From: the human T2T-CHM13v2.0 reference genome, Homo sapiens
Assembly: GCF_009914755.1 (NCBI RefSeq)
Contig: NC_060926.1
Length of the DNA stretch: 64,000 nucleotides
Reading direction: 5' to 3' (one strand)
Shown in pieces: positions 47,802-61,916 of the stretch. Below the pieces are notes generated by a model, which was given only the letters and a program-made list of their open reading frames with translations, did not search any database and was not told where the DNA came from. Within the stretch, counting starts at the first letter, position 1. Each line of letters opens with the position of its first letter. Both the position numbers and the translations under genes were made by a program.

Positions 47802-50577
47802 TAAAATAAATATTATTAAATTCAATTAAAAGGGGCTAAAATTCCAGGGTTGACAGAAAACCTATTAGCTGCCTATTCATAAGACAGGAGACAGGACTCC
47901 TAACATGCAGCCCAAAGCAGAGTAGCCAAACAGAGACCGAGCACCAGCCTCCCTGAATGCTCCTTTAAGTTATTTTAATCTACTGGAAGCTGGTCACTTG
48001 GAAAGAAACTTACATGGGAGAATCGCATGGAGATAAATCTGCTTTAGTTAAGGTGTCCAGCTTAGCTAAAAATCTTATTAAAGTCTTAATGCATGACAGA
48101 GAGAGATCAGGCTAAAGTGATAAGCTTTTGGGTCTGCCTGTTAATCTGTCTTGTCCACAAGGCAGGGGTCCTTCAAATCTTTCACCCCAAACAGGATTCT
48201 AATGTAAAAGCCAGCAGCAGATTGTGAGGTCAGCTCTCTACCAGCCTACACTCAGGGTTCTCTACAATGCCAACTTCAAGTTGTAAGACCCAGATTAGTA
48301 AAAACATCCCCAGAAAATAGGATGTTTTGTATAGTCATGTTATGAACATGGTTGAGATAATGTTTACTCCTGTTTAACCACCAAAACTTTTATAAAAGCT
48401 ATGAGACAGAACTTGTTCTTAAGAATACATTACAACTCTTCTTCAATAGTATCCTATATGTAATTGAAACTTTTTTCAAGGTTCAGGGGTTAGTAAAAGA
48501 ACCTCTCTCCTAAAGTGTGTCTGGCAAGTTATGACTGGCAAGAAGGGACCAACCCCTGCCTTAACAAGTTAAATCTCAACACAGAGCAGAAACAGATGCA
48601 GCATTATCCATTATCTTAACTTGGGTTTTCCCTGGACCTCTGATTCTCTAATGAACACAGCTCCTCATTCATGATTCCAGGTAAAATCTTGTCAGAGCTG
48701 AAAACAGATGAACTCTTGGTGGGCTACTACTCTTTTATACCCAGGTATAATACTACCAGTATTTTTCAAAGTCCTTACTTGGACCATCTGTGCCCTTCCA
48801 TCCAATGGAATATTTACAGGCACTGGGCTCTCAGGCTGTTGAACCAAATATAGTACCAGCAAAGCCATATCTTCCCCTGGTGTCCCTGCTTCCAGCTCAG
48901 TGTTCTGGAAAGGCTTCTCTGTCACGCCCATCTGACTCTAATTCAGTGTCATTTTACCTGTGGTCCAGGGACATAATCACAAGCCCAATTCTCTTTCATC
49001 TCTCCTAAACTTCATGCTTGCCACTTCTAATCTTCTCTTGGCTGGGAATTAGAGTTTTATTAAAAACACTTGCAGAAATCAAGTCAGTAGTTTCAATGAG
49101 AGTTTAAGGGCTTCTCCCATGCATTAAAATACATGCATTTTGTAACAACCATTTTGACTACTCATAGATTCTCAGGTAATATTGCTGGAAGCTGAGTTCA
49201 GGATAAGTAAGAGGCTATTGTGGTAAAGTTCCCTCTGCTAGAGGGAACTTTGGGGGGTAAATGGCATTTACTGAGTACTTTACGTGTTCCATTTGCCTTG
49301 AATGTTGATATACTTTACTCCTTACTTCTTTCAGGTATCTGCTCACCTATGGCCTTATCTGTGACATCCTCCCCAACCACCCTCTATGAAATAACATTCT
49401 CCATTCCTGTCTTTCACTAGACCTCATTTGTTGCGTTATTTTTCATCATAGCATTAATCAGCTCTTGGCATACAAAGAATAGTATGTTTATTTATTTGTC
49501 TATTGCCTGTCTCTGAGACATGAATGCTGCATTCATGAGAATGACAGTTCTACAAAGTAGTTGGCTTACCTGTTTTGCTTAGGCGCTCAACAAATATTTG
49601 TTGAACAAACACTCCAAGGGTTGTTAAATACTTTAAATATGTCATTTTAATTTTCCCTACCCTTCAAGTCACATATTCCCAGACTTTTTATAGACAGAGA
49701 AACTGAGGTTGGTTACTCAATACTTGCAGAGCATAATGTCATGGTTAAGAGCATGGTTCCTGGAACCAGCCTGGCTGGCCTACAGCGTGGCTCAGCCACT
49801 GCCTGTCTCTGTGATGTCAGGCAAGTCACTGAACCATTCTGCACATGGAGCTGCTTATCTGTACATGGCAATAATAATAGTACTGCTTTATCAAAGTTGT
49901 GGTGAGGACCTTAAGAGCTTAAACAGTTCATGGCTCATAGTAGGTACTACATAAGAGTTAAATAAAAATTAAATCTTAGCTGAGGGTCACCTTATAACAA
50001 GCACTAATTTTCTCATTCTGATTTCTTACTCATAGAATGACTTCCTGATTGTAACCAGGCTTTCTGGTTCATCCACCTACAGAGGAAGTACGGATGTAGC
50101 TATTCTGGCCTGTGTTGCACAGTTACATATTTCTTGTCATAAATTAATCAATCAGTGAGTTTTGGTTAATGTGCTAACAAAATCACAGTTCTGAACCAGT
50201 AAGACTGAAGCCCAAGCCCAGACAGTGTCACAAAGACACACCTCATGTAGTTGCTTGCTTAGTGACCTCCTAGCCACCTTCTCCAAATAATACCACAACT
50301 TTTTATTCAAATACCTACAACACAAGCTGTATCACTAGGGATAAGGAAGCACTGCCTGAGAACCCTTTTCTCTAATCAGCAGAGCATAGAGAGAGATGAC
50401 AGGTAGGAGAGTTTCCAGGGAGAAGTGAATGCTTTGCCAGCGTCACAGCCCTCCCTCCGCTCCCTCCACGACTTCAGAATGGCACAGTCACTGTTTGTGG
50501 TCACAAACAACCTGCTGTCCAGGTTTCACTTGAACAGAAGGTGGAATGTTTCACCTCACAAAGAGCCTTGGCCCTCA

Positions 50578-50844
<267 letters not shown>

Positions 50845-51077
50845 CTAAAGAAAAGAATGGAGAACCAATGTTAACCCACTTGTGACATGCAGAAGCACCA
50901 GAAATACTACACATGGGTATGGCTAATCTTCCAATAAGTAATGAAATGCATATATAAGCTTTGACAGAACTCTAGACCCATGTATGGAAACAGCAGACAG
51001 AGCAAAATATCTTGAACAAAATGAAACATAAAGACTACAGAAGGTAAGGCAGTATCCACAGCTGGTGTCTAGTTCTC

Positions 51078-51702
51078 TTTTTTTAACTTTTATTTGTATT
51101 TGAAGTTCTGGGGTACATGTGCAAGAAGAGCACGTTTGTTAAATAGGTAAACGTGTGCCATGGTGGTTTGCTGTACCTATCAACCCATCACCCAGGTATT
51201 AAGCCCAGCACGCATTAGCTATTTTTCCCTAATTCTCTCCCTCCCCCAGTCCTACTCTGAAACAGGCCCCAGTGTGTGTTGTTCCCCTCTCTGTGTCCAT
51301 GTGTTCTCATTTTTCAGCTCCCACTTATAAGTGAGAACATGTGGTGTTTGGCTTTCTGTTCCTGTGTTAGTTTGCTGAGGATAATGGCTTCCAGTTCCAT
51401 CCACGTTCCTGCAAAGGACATTATCTCATTCCTTTTCGTGGCTGCATAGCATTCCATGGTGTATATATGCTACATTTTCTTTATCCAGTCTATCATTGAT
51501 GGATATTTGGGTTGATTCCATGTCTTTGCTATTGTGAATGATGCTGCAATGAACATATATGTGCAGGTATCTTTGTAATAGAATGATTTATATTCCTTTG
51601 GGTAAATACCTAGTAATGGGATTGCTGGGTCAAATGGTATTTCTGGTTCTAGATCTTTGAGGAATCTCCACACTGTTTTCCACAATGGTTGAACTAATTT
51701 AC
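51078..51702 (-). mobile_element. 5'-truncated older L1PA 3' end
   Basis: L1 3'UTR plus ORF2 peptide VQPLWKTVWRFLKDLEPEIPFDPAIPLLGIYPK. Confidence 0.93.
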
Positions 51703-52540
51703 TAAAGAACAAACATGTTGTGGAGTCTCACTGCACATGGGCCATTAAATCCTGAAGCTGGTTTTAGGAAAGAAACACACAGTCAAAATTATACCACACT
51801 GGCGATGAATATGCCACCTTACAGAGAGCCCTGACATAGCCAGTTTCTCCCCCAGTATTGGACTAGGTTATTGGCTCTCTGAGTGAGTGCCAGATGACAC
51901 AACTAGTATACACTTAAGGGCCAAGTTGCATGGAAAAATGCTTGCCATACATTTCTATACTAGAAGGACATGCAATGGAATGAGTTGCTCTCACTGACCA
52001 TCACACTCAACTGAGATCACAATAGACTGAGGTTTTAGAATCTCACCCTTCATAGAGGCATATAAGCTTGGTGAATGGAATAGCAGGCTGAGGTGCCTGG
52101 GCTGTACATCTCATTCTTTTTTCTTTTTTTCTCTTTTTCCCTGTGTATATTTGGTTGGATGTATATGAATGAAATGCAAGTTTAAAAAAACTCCACTATA
52201 CCACCACACAGAAAAGTGATTGTTTTGTCCAAAACCTTACAGTCTTCATTTCTATGATATTTAAAGAAGATTCCACAAACTGATTATGTCATGATTGTCC
52301 ACATATGAGTCAGTCAATAAATATTTATTGCATAATACCATGCACAAAACAGCAGAAGAGGAATAACTGTATGGCAGCTGTTTCCTTGAATCATCAGAGG
52401 GAATATGATATTCATGAAACTGACCAGGCCGTGAATGATCACCCTGGAACTCTATTCTTCTCAGACTGATTCAAAGGGCTTTGGATTCGTTTTATCTTTA
52501 GTGTCTCAGGGACACTAGACTGAGTCTGGACCTCTTCCAG

Positions 52541-52636
52541 CTTTATGGGTTCTGTTATCTATTTTAGTCTAAATCGTATGGGTTCTGTTATCTATTTTAG
52601 TCTAAACTTTATGGGTTGTTATCTATTTTAGTCTAA
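52541..52636. repeat. 33-bp minisatellite, three copies
   Basis: tatgggttctgttatctattttagtctaaa core x3; third copy has a 2-bp deletion. Confidence 0.95.
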
Positions 52637-52809
52637 GACAGCCCAAGGCAAACCCCAAGGACTCTAGAGTCTCTGGAAATGATTTCATTTTAATAAACAT
52701 TTATTGTCTTTGCTGTACCCAGTACTGTGTTCGTTATTAGGGATCAAAGAAGAATGAGTGTGAAGACAGTCAACATTGCTCCAGTCTTTCTAGGATCCCT
52801 CAAGATGTG

Positions 52810-53050
52810 TCATGTCCAGGTCAAAGCATTTATTGCTGATGTGAGTCCCTCTAGAGCTTTCTTCCCTTTGACACAGCAAGTGGCAATGTTTGAACAGGGA
52901 TGCTCCCCAGCCTGGCTCTCTGGGTCCCTGAGTGACCACAGGGACCCTGATAACCTGACTTGGAATGAGAAGTAATCCTTTGTTAGCTTAAGCCACTGAG
53001 ATTTGTTGGTCATTATTATTGAAGTATAACCTAAATTATTCTGATTGATT
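52810..53050. mobile_element. MLT1-type MaLR LTR fragment
   Basis: gggtccctgagtgacc..ttaagccactgagattt..ataaccta..ctgattgat resembles an MLT1 terminus. Confidence 0.6.
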
Positions 53051-56000
53051 TACCGTCATTAAATACTTGTTCCCTATCAAAACAAATTAAAGGAAAGAAG
53101 AAAGGAAGGGAGGAGGAAGGGAAGAAGAAAGAAGACCACAATGAACCATCCTTGAACCTTAATTCCTCAGTACACTTGAGTATAAAATACTTTTGAGTCA
53201 TATTTCAACCGACAGGCTAAATAAGAGGAGGTTTTGATGGCTGTGAGCAGTTGTGTGGTTCAGAGCAGAGAGTACTGTCAATGCAGGCAGGCCTATGCAT
53301 GGGCTCTGGGCAATTAGAGAGCATGAGAGGATAGGAAAGTGATACCATGAAAGCAGAGAAGGAAATAACAGAAGTTGGGCAGTGTCAGAAAAAACCTAAC
53401 TTCAGCTAAGTAACAGTTTTGGCTCTATTGGCTGACTCTGCTTTGAGTTTTAAATACAATCAGCAAGGCAACTGTTTTCTGCATTTGGCTCAGTGTTGCT
53501 GATATATTTTCACATAAGTCATTGCAAGTTAGAGTCCTGAGACCACACTAGTTTGTGTAGGGATCATAATGAGCTTTCAGGTCTTACTACCTAAGAGTAA
53601 AACAAATATTAAGTCTCTTCAGGGACAAATTATTTGGGGGATAATTCTGTCGGATAAATCATTACATTACCCATTGTTCTAAATAGGTATACCTCTTTAT
53701 CGCCTTCACTGCTCCCTCTTCTCACTAAAATAACTAAATAGGCCACATTCTGATTTCTTATCTAGAGCACCAGAAATGCTCCTCACTTTGTTAAAAAAGA
53801 ACTTCATTAGGGCAAGAAGCAGTGGCAATTAAGTTAAGAAACTCATCCCAGCCTCAGACCTGAAGTAATTCCCTGGGGCTGAATAGCTCTTTAAGCACAG
53901 AAATCTTAAGGCTGGTCTTATAATTAATTATGTCATTTCATCTTCCTCCTCTCCACTCAATGAAACATGTAGTATGGTGCCAAACACATCTGATCTTGCA
54001 AAGAGCATCTACCAAAGTAATTCAATGCAGGAGATTTCTCTCAGTAACTAGTAAACAATCTTTAGATCCACAGCCTTTTCAAGTCTGAATAGTAAGTACA
54101 TGACTGTTAGGGTCTATACAAAACTCTTAAGCCAAACAGGAACATACTTCTAGACTGCTATGTTTCTATAAAAAAAACTATGTTTGAATAACTTCATATG
54201 TTTATGCAAAAACTGTGTGTGTATAGATATGTATATATAGTTTATGTGTGTGTATATATATATGTAATTTATATATCTATAGTTTGGGAAGGATATTTAT
54301 ACTCCACTTCATATAGAACTACAGTGCAGATTCTAGTCTCAGCTCTGTCACTCATAGAGACAAAGAAAACTACTTAATCTCTGTCTCAATTTGCTTAACT
54401 GTAATATGGGATAATAATAACTCCCTTGCTTTCTCCATAGGCACGTGAGATTCAAATCCAGTGGGACAAAGGATGGTAAAGTAATTTGAAAAGGTCAAAA
54501 TCACTTTAAGAATACAGGCTATAAGTAAGTAAAAATATATAGGGGATTACATCTATCATACCTGTGTTATAACAGATAAAGAAAGTGGCAAAATTGTTCA
54601 CCACTTTTAGTCTTTGAAGATCCTGGCCCAGCATCCCACATTCTATAAACTGAACAAGGGTCTCCTAAGCTTCATTAATTATGTGCTAAGCCATGTGCTA
54701 AGCCCTGTGCTAAACCCTGAGGATACAGAGATGAGCAAGGCCTGATCATTCAAAAGGATGAAGAAGGAGAATTATAGGGGGAGGTGGAAGGAAGAGATTC
54801 ACCAGAGGCAGAAAGAGTTGGAAAAACAAAGGCCACGACAGTCGTGAAAATACTGAAACACACGGACAGAATGAACAGAGGTAAGAATGGGAGCAGTCCA
54901 AAGAGCCAAAAACACTAAACAGATAGGATTAGGTTGACAGAGTTTAGTCTTCATGAAGCTGATATTAACAAAGCTGTGGGTTAAGAGAAAATATTTTCCT
55001 TTGTTCTCCTGGGGTTTAGTGGTTCTAACTAGGTAAGGATCCTTTTCTATGTTTGTTTGTTTGCTTGCTTATCTTACAGAAAAAGATGCAGTAAATGAAT
55101 CTGATATTTTACTTGAAACAAAAGTAGGTTAGAGGAGAGCCCATGATACCTATTTCATAACATAGTCTCATGATAATGAACAGAATTCACCTGGGAAGCC
55201 ACTGCACGTGGACTCGAGTAGTTAAGAGGAATTGGTAATTGTTAATAGTAGACAAAGCCCCTTTAAATGATCTCTAAAGGAAACAACACTTTGTTTTCCT
55301 TTGACATAATTTAACTATTCTTTTTAGTTATTCCTTCTCAATTCCAAAAATCCCTGTTCCAACTTCCCTCCTGGTTGTTTCTCATCGTCCTAGCAAGAAA
55401 TAAGCACTTGATGGTTGAGTGAATGATCAACTGAATTTCTTGAGTGGAGTTTTGTTAAATAACACTCCTTAGAACTTAAATGTGTTTTTGTTTGGTTACA
55501 TGTTTGTTTGAGGTTGTAGAAGTAAATGTCATTGCCATTTGGCAGCAGAATAAGAAAATTACATGCAAATACTTAGTTCTTGTCAACCACAATGGAAATA
55601 ATAATCAATCCCCTCTCCTTTTTTTGCAGGTTTTCCTTAGTGTTATGATGACCAAATGTCCTAGATTACCTGGCCCAGTCCTAATTTCACCTAATTCTGT
55701 TGTTTTCAAAACATAGTTAAGTACATTACTGATAAATAAAGTCTTTCTTTCATATTTCAGAAAGCCTTCATCAAGAATAGGCATTCTGAATTCAGGTTTG
55801 GAAAAGCACGTCACCAAATCTATAGCAAACATCTCTCATATTCACAAGGGAGCAGATTTGAGCACTTGTATACATTATTCACTAAACAAAATTTAATATA
55901 TACAAAATCAAGAAATGTTTGCATAATATGTATGCAGAGATATCAAAACAGTCCTGTTTTATACAGTCTGTCTTCATAATATTTTTAATTTTACAGGATT

Positions 56001-56578
56001 TACATTGTTCTCATCTAGCTAGAGTAAAATGGAAGGGAATTTTCACATTAACAAAACTATCTACAAATGATCAATTCATCTATTTTGCAATAGCAGGAAT
56101 TCCCAAGTTTTAAGAATATACGTATGGATTTTGGAACAGTATTTTTCTTCATTAAGTACTAAGAAACTTAAACGCTAGAATTAATGTATTTTTAGAGCTC
56201 ATTAAAAGCCACAGTAGTAATTATTTGGCACGTATGTTGGAAAATTATTCAGTTGAATATAATGAAATATATTTATGTATGACATTAATTAGACAAATAT
56301 AGGCACATCAGCTATAAAAGACATGGCACTAATAACTAAATCTTGAATTAACAAGAGAAATCGTTTGTCAGGACAATTTTGAAAGAAATCTGATCACAAC
56401 CATTAGAGGGCAGTAGAATAATTCCTAAAGCAACCACAATGCAAAAAAAGAAAGAAAAAACCCACAAAATTTTCTTTCTCAAGTTTTACTTTAGTGTTAT
56501 GACAACCATATATCTATTTAACACTTTTCTTTCCAGTAAGGATTACTAGGTATTACAACTACACGTAATCTATTTTTC

Positions 56579-56825
56579 TTTTTTTTTACATTTATTATTT
56601 TTTTCTTATACTTTAAGTTCTCGGGTACATGTGCACAACGTGCAGGTTTGTTACATATGTATACATGTGCCATGTTGGTGTGCTGCACCCATTAACTCGT
56701 CATTTACATTAGGTATATCTCCTAATGCTATCCCTCCCCACTCCGCCTACCCCATGACAGGCCCCGGTGTGTGATGTTCCCCTTCCTGTGTCCAAGTGTT
56801 CTTCTCATTGTTCAATTCCCACCTA
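56579..56825 (-). mobile_element. 5'-truncated L1PA (L1PA4-like) 3'UTR
   Basis: TSD ctatttttc at 56570-56578 and 56823-56831. Confidence 0.94.
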
Positions 56826-57742
56826 TTTTTCATGACTTTCTTTCAACATAAACTGATACCTTCAAGTCATAAAAAAATAGTTAGGAAAATTATTAAATAC
56901 ATTCCTTTTGCATATTGAACATTTTCAATAATACGAACAGGGAAGTAACTGAAAGAGGTATAGATCATAAACAATTCTAGCAAAAAACCCTAGACAATAA
57001 ATCTTAAAATACAGAAATCAAATAAAAGTTTATTTTATAACATTTTCTGTTAATCTAGGAAAAAAGAAAACATTCCAGCAAGTAATGCCCTTTAGAAAAA
57101 ATTGTCTGAGTTATCTCCATTAATTCATACCTTGAGACTTCTAGCAAGACAAATTCAGCTACTTCAATATTTGCCATATATAAGTCAGGAAAATAATACT
57201 TCCTAAACCCACAGAATTTAAGTCTTACAGAAATGTATAAATGCACAGCATGGATCATCTTTTTAGCTAATATAAATGCAGTTCATAAGAGGAAGAAAAA
57301 AATTAAAATGCTTTAGAAAGAATACTTTGAAATCAAGATAGACTATCCAGCAAAATAAATTCTAAAATCATGCCCAACTAAAGAAAAAGGAAACACGATA
57401 AAAACACGAAAACAAAATAAGTTAAAAAAAAAAAAAAGCCTGTAAGCTGCTTAGTATTTTCATACTGTTAAAACATGTTAGTTGTCAAAAGTCCAGGAGA
57501 GTTATAGTTGTAACAAACACGGTAAGGACATTTAATGCAAAATCTCTTTATCCTAGGAGTTCCCAGACTACAGGCCACAGTTGTATCAGAATCACTTAAG
57601 GGGCCTAAAACAAAACAAAGCAAAATAAAAACAGACTGCTGGGACCCACTCCAGACCTACTGAACCAGAATCTCTAAGATCTGGGTACCAAGAATATGCA
57701 TTTTATTTTTTAAAGTCACCAAGTTTAAAAACCACAGCCTTG

Positions 57743-58046
<304 letters not shown>

Positions 58047-58139
58047 TTATACCACAACTCAGTGACTATTTATCCAGTCTCTACTTGAAACAATGCAGCG
58101 ATGAGGAACTTGTATGAAGACGGCAGCCCAAAGAGAGAA

Positions 58140-58935
58140 GTTAGAACTCTGTGCTTCATGATGTCATTGGTGGTTTGACATTGGCCATAGTGGGCGTATT
58201 AACACTACAGAAATCAGGAAATGCAATATCAGGGCTTGATTTATTGTTCTGTAGGCTGTCTAGACTAGGGGTGGGCAATCTACAGGCCCAATGGCTAGCT
58301 GTCTGTGTTTGTAAACAAAGCTTCATTGGAACTCAGCCAGGGCCATTTGCTTACATGTTGTCTTTGGGCCAAAACCCTAAAATATTTACTCTCTGGCCCT
58401 TTATAGGAAAAGTTTACTGCCTTTTTCTTTACTTAAGGTCCAGACTTAAGAAATTAATGGAGAAAATTAGAATGCAGATGAAACTTCAAATTGTGCTGTT
58501 ACATTGCAAATAGCACAAACACACATAACATGAAGAAATGTAAGTCTAATATTCAAAAACTATTGACAAAGGAATATGAAACTCCAACATGTCTCCCTTT
58601 TACACTGTTGTCTTTACTTGTTAATGCAAATGAAAATATTCTTGTTGGAATTATACTTGTTCTTCAATTACCACTGTAGGTAGCAAAAATCAACAAAAGC
58701 ATTCAGTGTCTCTTTTACTATTATTTGTAAATTATAAGTCAGGAAGTGTGATGCCTCCATCTATACATATATATCTATATCTATATCTATACACATATAT
58801 ACATATATCTCACATGCATATATTTATACACAGACATATATGTGTGTGTATAAACACAGCCTACATACACACAAATATACACACACTTTTTTCTCCAGAA
58901 AGCCAGTGGTTAAACATATACTAGAAAACTCATGA
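58140..58935. mobile_element. MER63-like hAT remnant with nested MER58-like element (~58266-58425) and a TA/CA low-complexity block
   Basis: Similar to 44159-44360; MER58 motifs aggggtgggcaa..aaaatatttactctctggccctttat. Confidence 0.6.
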
Positions 58936-58959
58936 ACACTACCATGCAATCAGTTGCTC

Positions 58960-61916
58960 TTTTTTTTTTCTTCATCTTTTAAGTTCAGGGGTATGTGTGC
59001 AGGTTGTGCAGGTTTGTTACATAGACAAATGTGTGCCATGGTGGTTTGCTGCACAGATCATCCTATCACCTAGGTATTAGGCCCAGCATCCATTAACTAT
59101 TATCCCTGATGCTCGCCCTCTCCCTACCCCACCCCCGACAGGCACCAGTGTGTGTTGTTCCCCGCCAGTGTCCATGGGTTCTCATCATTCAGCTCCCACT
59201 TACAAGTGAGAACATGTGGTGTTTGGTTTTCTGTTTGTGTTTTAGTTTGCTGAGAATAATAGCTTCCAACTCCATCCATGCCTCTGGAAAGGACATGATT
59301 GCATTCCTTTTTATGACTGCACAGTATTCCATGGTATATATGTACCACATTTTCTTTATCCAGTCTATCATTGATGGGCATTTGGGTTGATTCCATGTCT
59401 TTGATATTGTGAATAGTGCCGCAATGAACATACATGTTCACGTATCTTTATAATAGAATGATTTATATTCCTTTAGTTATATAACCAGTGATGGGATTGC
59501 TGGGTCAAGTGGTATTTCTGGTTCTAGATCTTTAGGGAATCGCCACACTGTCTTTCACAATGGTTGAACTAATTTACACTCCCACCGAAAGTGCAGAAGC
59601 ATTTCTTTATCTCTGTAACTTCGCCAGCATCTGTTGTGTTCTTACTTTTTCATAATGGCCATTCTGACTGGCATGAGATGACATCTCATTGTGGTTTTGA
59701 TTTGCATTTCTATAATGACCAGTAATGTTGAGCTTTTTTTCATGTGTTTGTAGGCCACGTGTATGTCTTCTTTTGAGAAATGTCTATTCATATCCTCTGC
59801 CCACTTTTTAATGGGATTGTTTTTTTTTTTTTTTTCTTGTAGATGTGTTTAAGTTCTTTGTAGACTCTGGACATTAGACCTTTGTCACATGGACAGACTA
59901 CAAAAATTTTCTCCCATTCTGTAGGTTGTCTGTTCACTCTGATGATAGTTTCTTTTGCTGTGTAGAAGCTCTTTAGTTTAATTAGATCCCATGTGTCAGT
60001 TTTTGCTTTTGTTGCAATTGCTTTTGGTACTTTTGTCATGAAATCTTTGCTTGTGCCTATGTCCTGAATAGTATTGCCTAGATTTTTTTGTAGGGTTTTT
60101 ATAGCTTTCAGCTTTACATTGAAGTCTTTAGTCCATCTTGAGTTAATTTTTGTATATAATGTAAGGAAAGGGTCCAGTTTCAATTTTCTGCATATGGCTA
60201 GCCAGTTCTCCCACCACCACTTATTAAATAGGGAATCAATCCTTTCCCCAATGCCTGTTTTTGTCAAGTTTGCTGAAGGTCAAATGGTTGTAGGTGTGCA
60301 GTCTTATTTCTGAGTTTTCTATTCTGTTCCATTGGTCTATGTGTCTGTTTTTGTATCAGTACCATGTTGTTTTGGTTACTAGTATAGTTGTAAGTTACTA
60401 GTATAGTTAGAAATTACTAGTATAGCTGTAAGTCAGGAAGTGTGATGCCTCCAGCTTTGTTCTTGTTGTTTAGGATTGTCTTGACTATTCAGGCTCTTTT
60501 TTGGTTCTATATGAATTTTAAAATAGTTTTTTCTAATTCTGTGAAGAATGTCAATGGTAGTTTAATGGGAACAGCACTGAATCTATAAATTACTTTGGTC
60601 AATATGGCCATTTTCATGATATTGATTCTTCCTATCCATGAGGATGGAATGTTTTTCCTTTTGTTTGTGTCTTCTCTGATTTCTTTTTGAGCAGTGGTTT
60701 GTAGTTTTCCTTGAAGAAGTCCTTCATTTCCCTTGTTAGCTGTATTCCTAGGTATTTTATCCTTTTTGTAGCAATTGTGAATGGGAGTTAATTCATGATT
60801 TGGCTCTCTGCTTGCCTGTTGTTGGTGTATAGGAATGCTAGCAATTTTTGCACACTGATTTTGTATTCTGAGACTGAAGTTGCTTATCAGCTTAAGAATC
60901 TTTTGGGCTGAGAGGACTGGGTTTTCTAGATGTAGAATCATGTCATCTGCAAACAAAGATAATTTGACTTCCTTTCTTCCTAGCTGAATACCTTTTATTT
61001 CTTTCTTTTGACTGATTGCCCTGGCCAGAACTTCCAATACTATGTTGAATAGGAGTGGTGGCAGAGAGCATCCTTGCCTTGTGCTGGATTTCAAGGGGAA
61101 TGCTTCCAGCTTTTGCCCATTCAGCATGACACTGGATGTTGGTTTGCCATATATGGCTCTTATTACTTTGAGGTATGTTCCTTCAATACCTAGTTGATTG
61201 AGAGTTTTTAACATGAAGCGATGTTGAATTTTATCGAAGGCCTTTTCTGCGTCTATTGAAATAATCATGTGGTTTCTGTCTTTAGTTCTGTTTATGTGAT
61301 GAATCATATGTATTGATTTGCATATGTTGAACCAACCCTGCATCCTGGGGATAAAGTCAATTTGATTGTGGTGGATAACTTTTTTGATGTGCTGCTGGAT
61401 TCCAGTATTTTATTGAGAATTTTTGCATCAATGCTCATCAAGGATATTGGCCTGAAGTTTTCTTTTTCTGTTATATCTCTGCCAAGTTTTGGTATCAAGA
61501 TGATGCTGGCCTCATAGAATGAGTTAGGGAGGAGTCCTTCCTTTTCAATTTTTTGGAGTCATTTCAGTAGAAATGGTACCAGCTCTTTTTTGTATCTCTA
61601 GTAGTATTCAGCTGTCAATCCATCTGATCCCGGGCTTTTTTTGGTTGGTAGACCATTTATTGCTGCCTCAATTTCAGAACTCATTATTGGTCTATTCATA
61701 GATTCAATTTCATCCTGGTTCAGTCTTGGGAGGGTGTATGTGTCCAGGAACTTATCTATTTCTTCTAGATTTTCTAGTTTATGTACATAGAGGTGTTTAT
61801 AGTATTCTCTGACACGGTTGTTTGTATTTCTGTGGGGTCAGTGGTAATCTGTCCCTTATCATTTCTGATTGTGTTTATTTGAGTCTTATCTCTTTTCTAC
61901 TTTATTAGTCTAGCTA
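58960..61916 (-). mobile_element. ~3 kb 5'-truncated older L1PA; disrupted ORF2 reverse-transcriptase region plus 3'UTR
   Basis: ORF track shows RT motifs ([27 protein letters not shown]) with frameshifts; TSD cagttgctc at 58951 and 61917. Confidence 0.96.

Noticed and set aside
52541-52636. ~30-bp direct repeats as a CRISPR array
   Set aside because: Head-to-tail with no unique spacers, eukaryotic context and no cas genes
54681-54716. 12-bp unit x3 (tgtgctaagcc core)
   Set aside because: Ordinary slippage, probably within an old L2
59788-61498. Reverse-transcriptase-like ORFs
   Set aside because: Frameshifted fragments of L1 ORF2 in a 5'-truncated element; not a novel RT system
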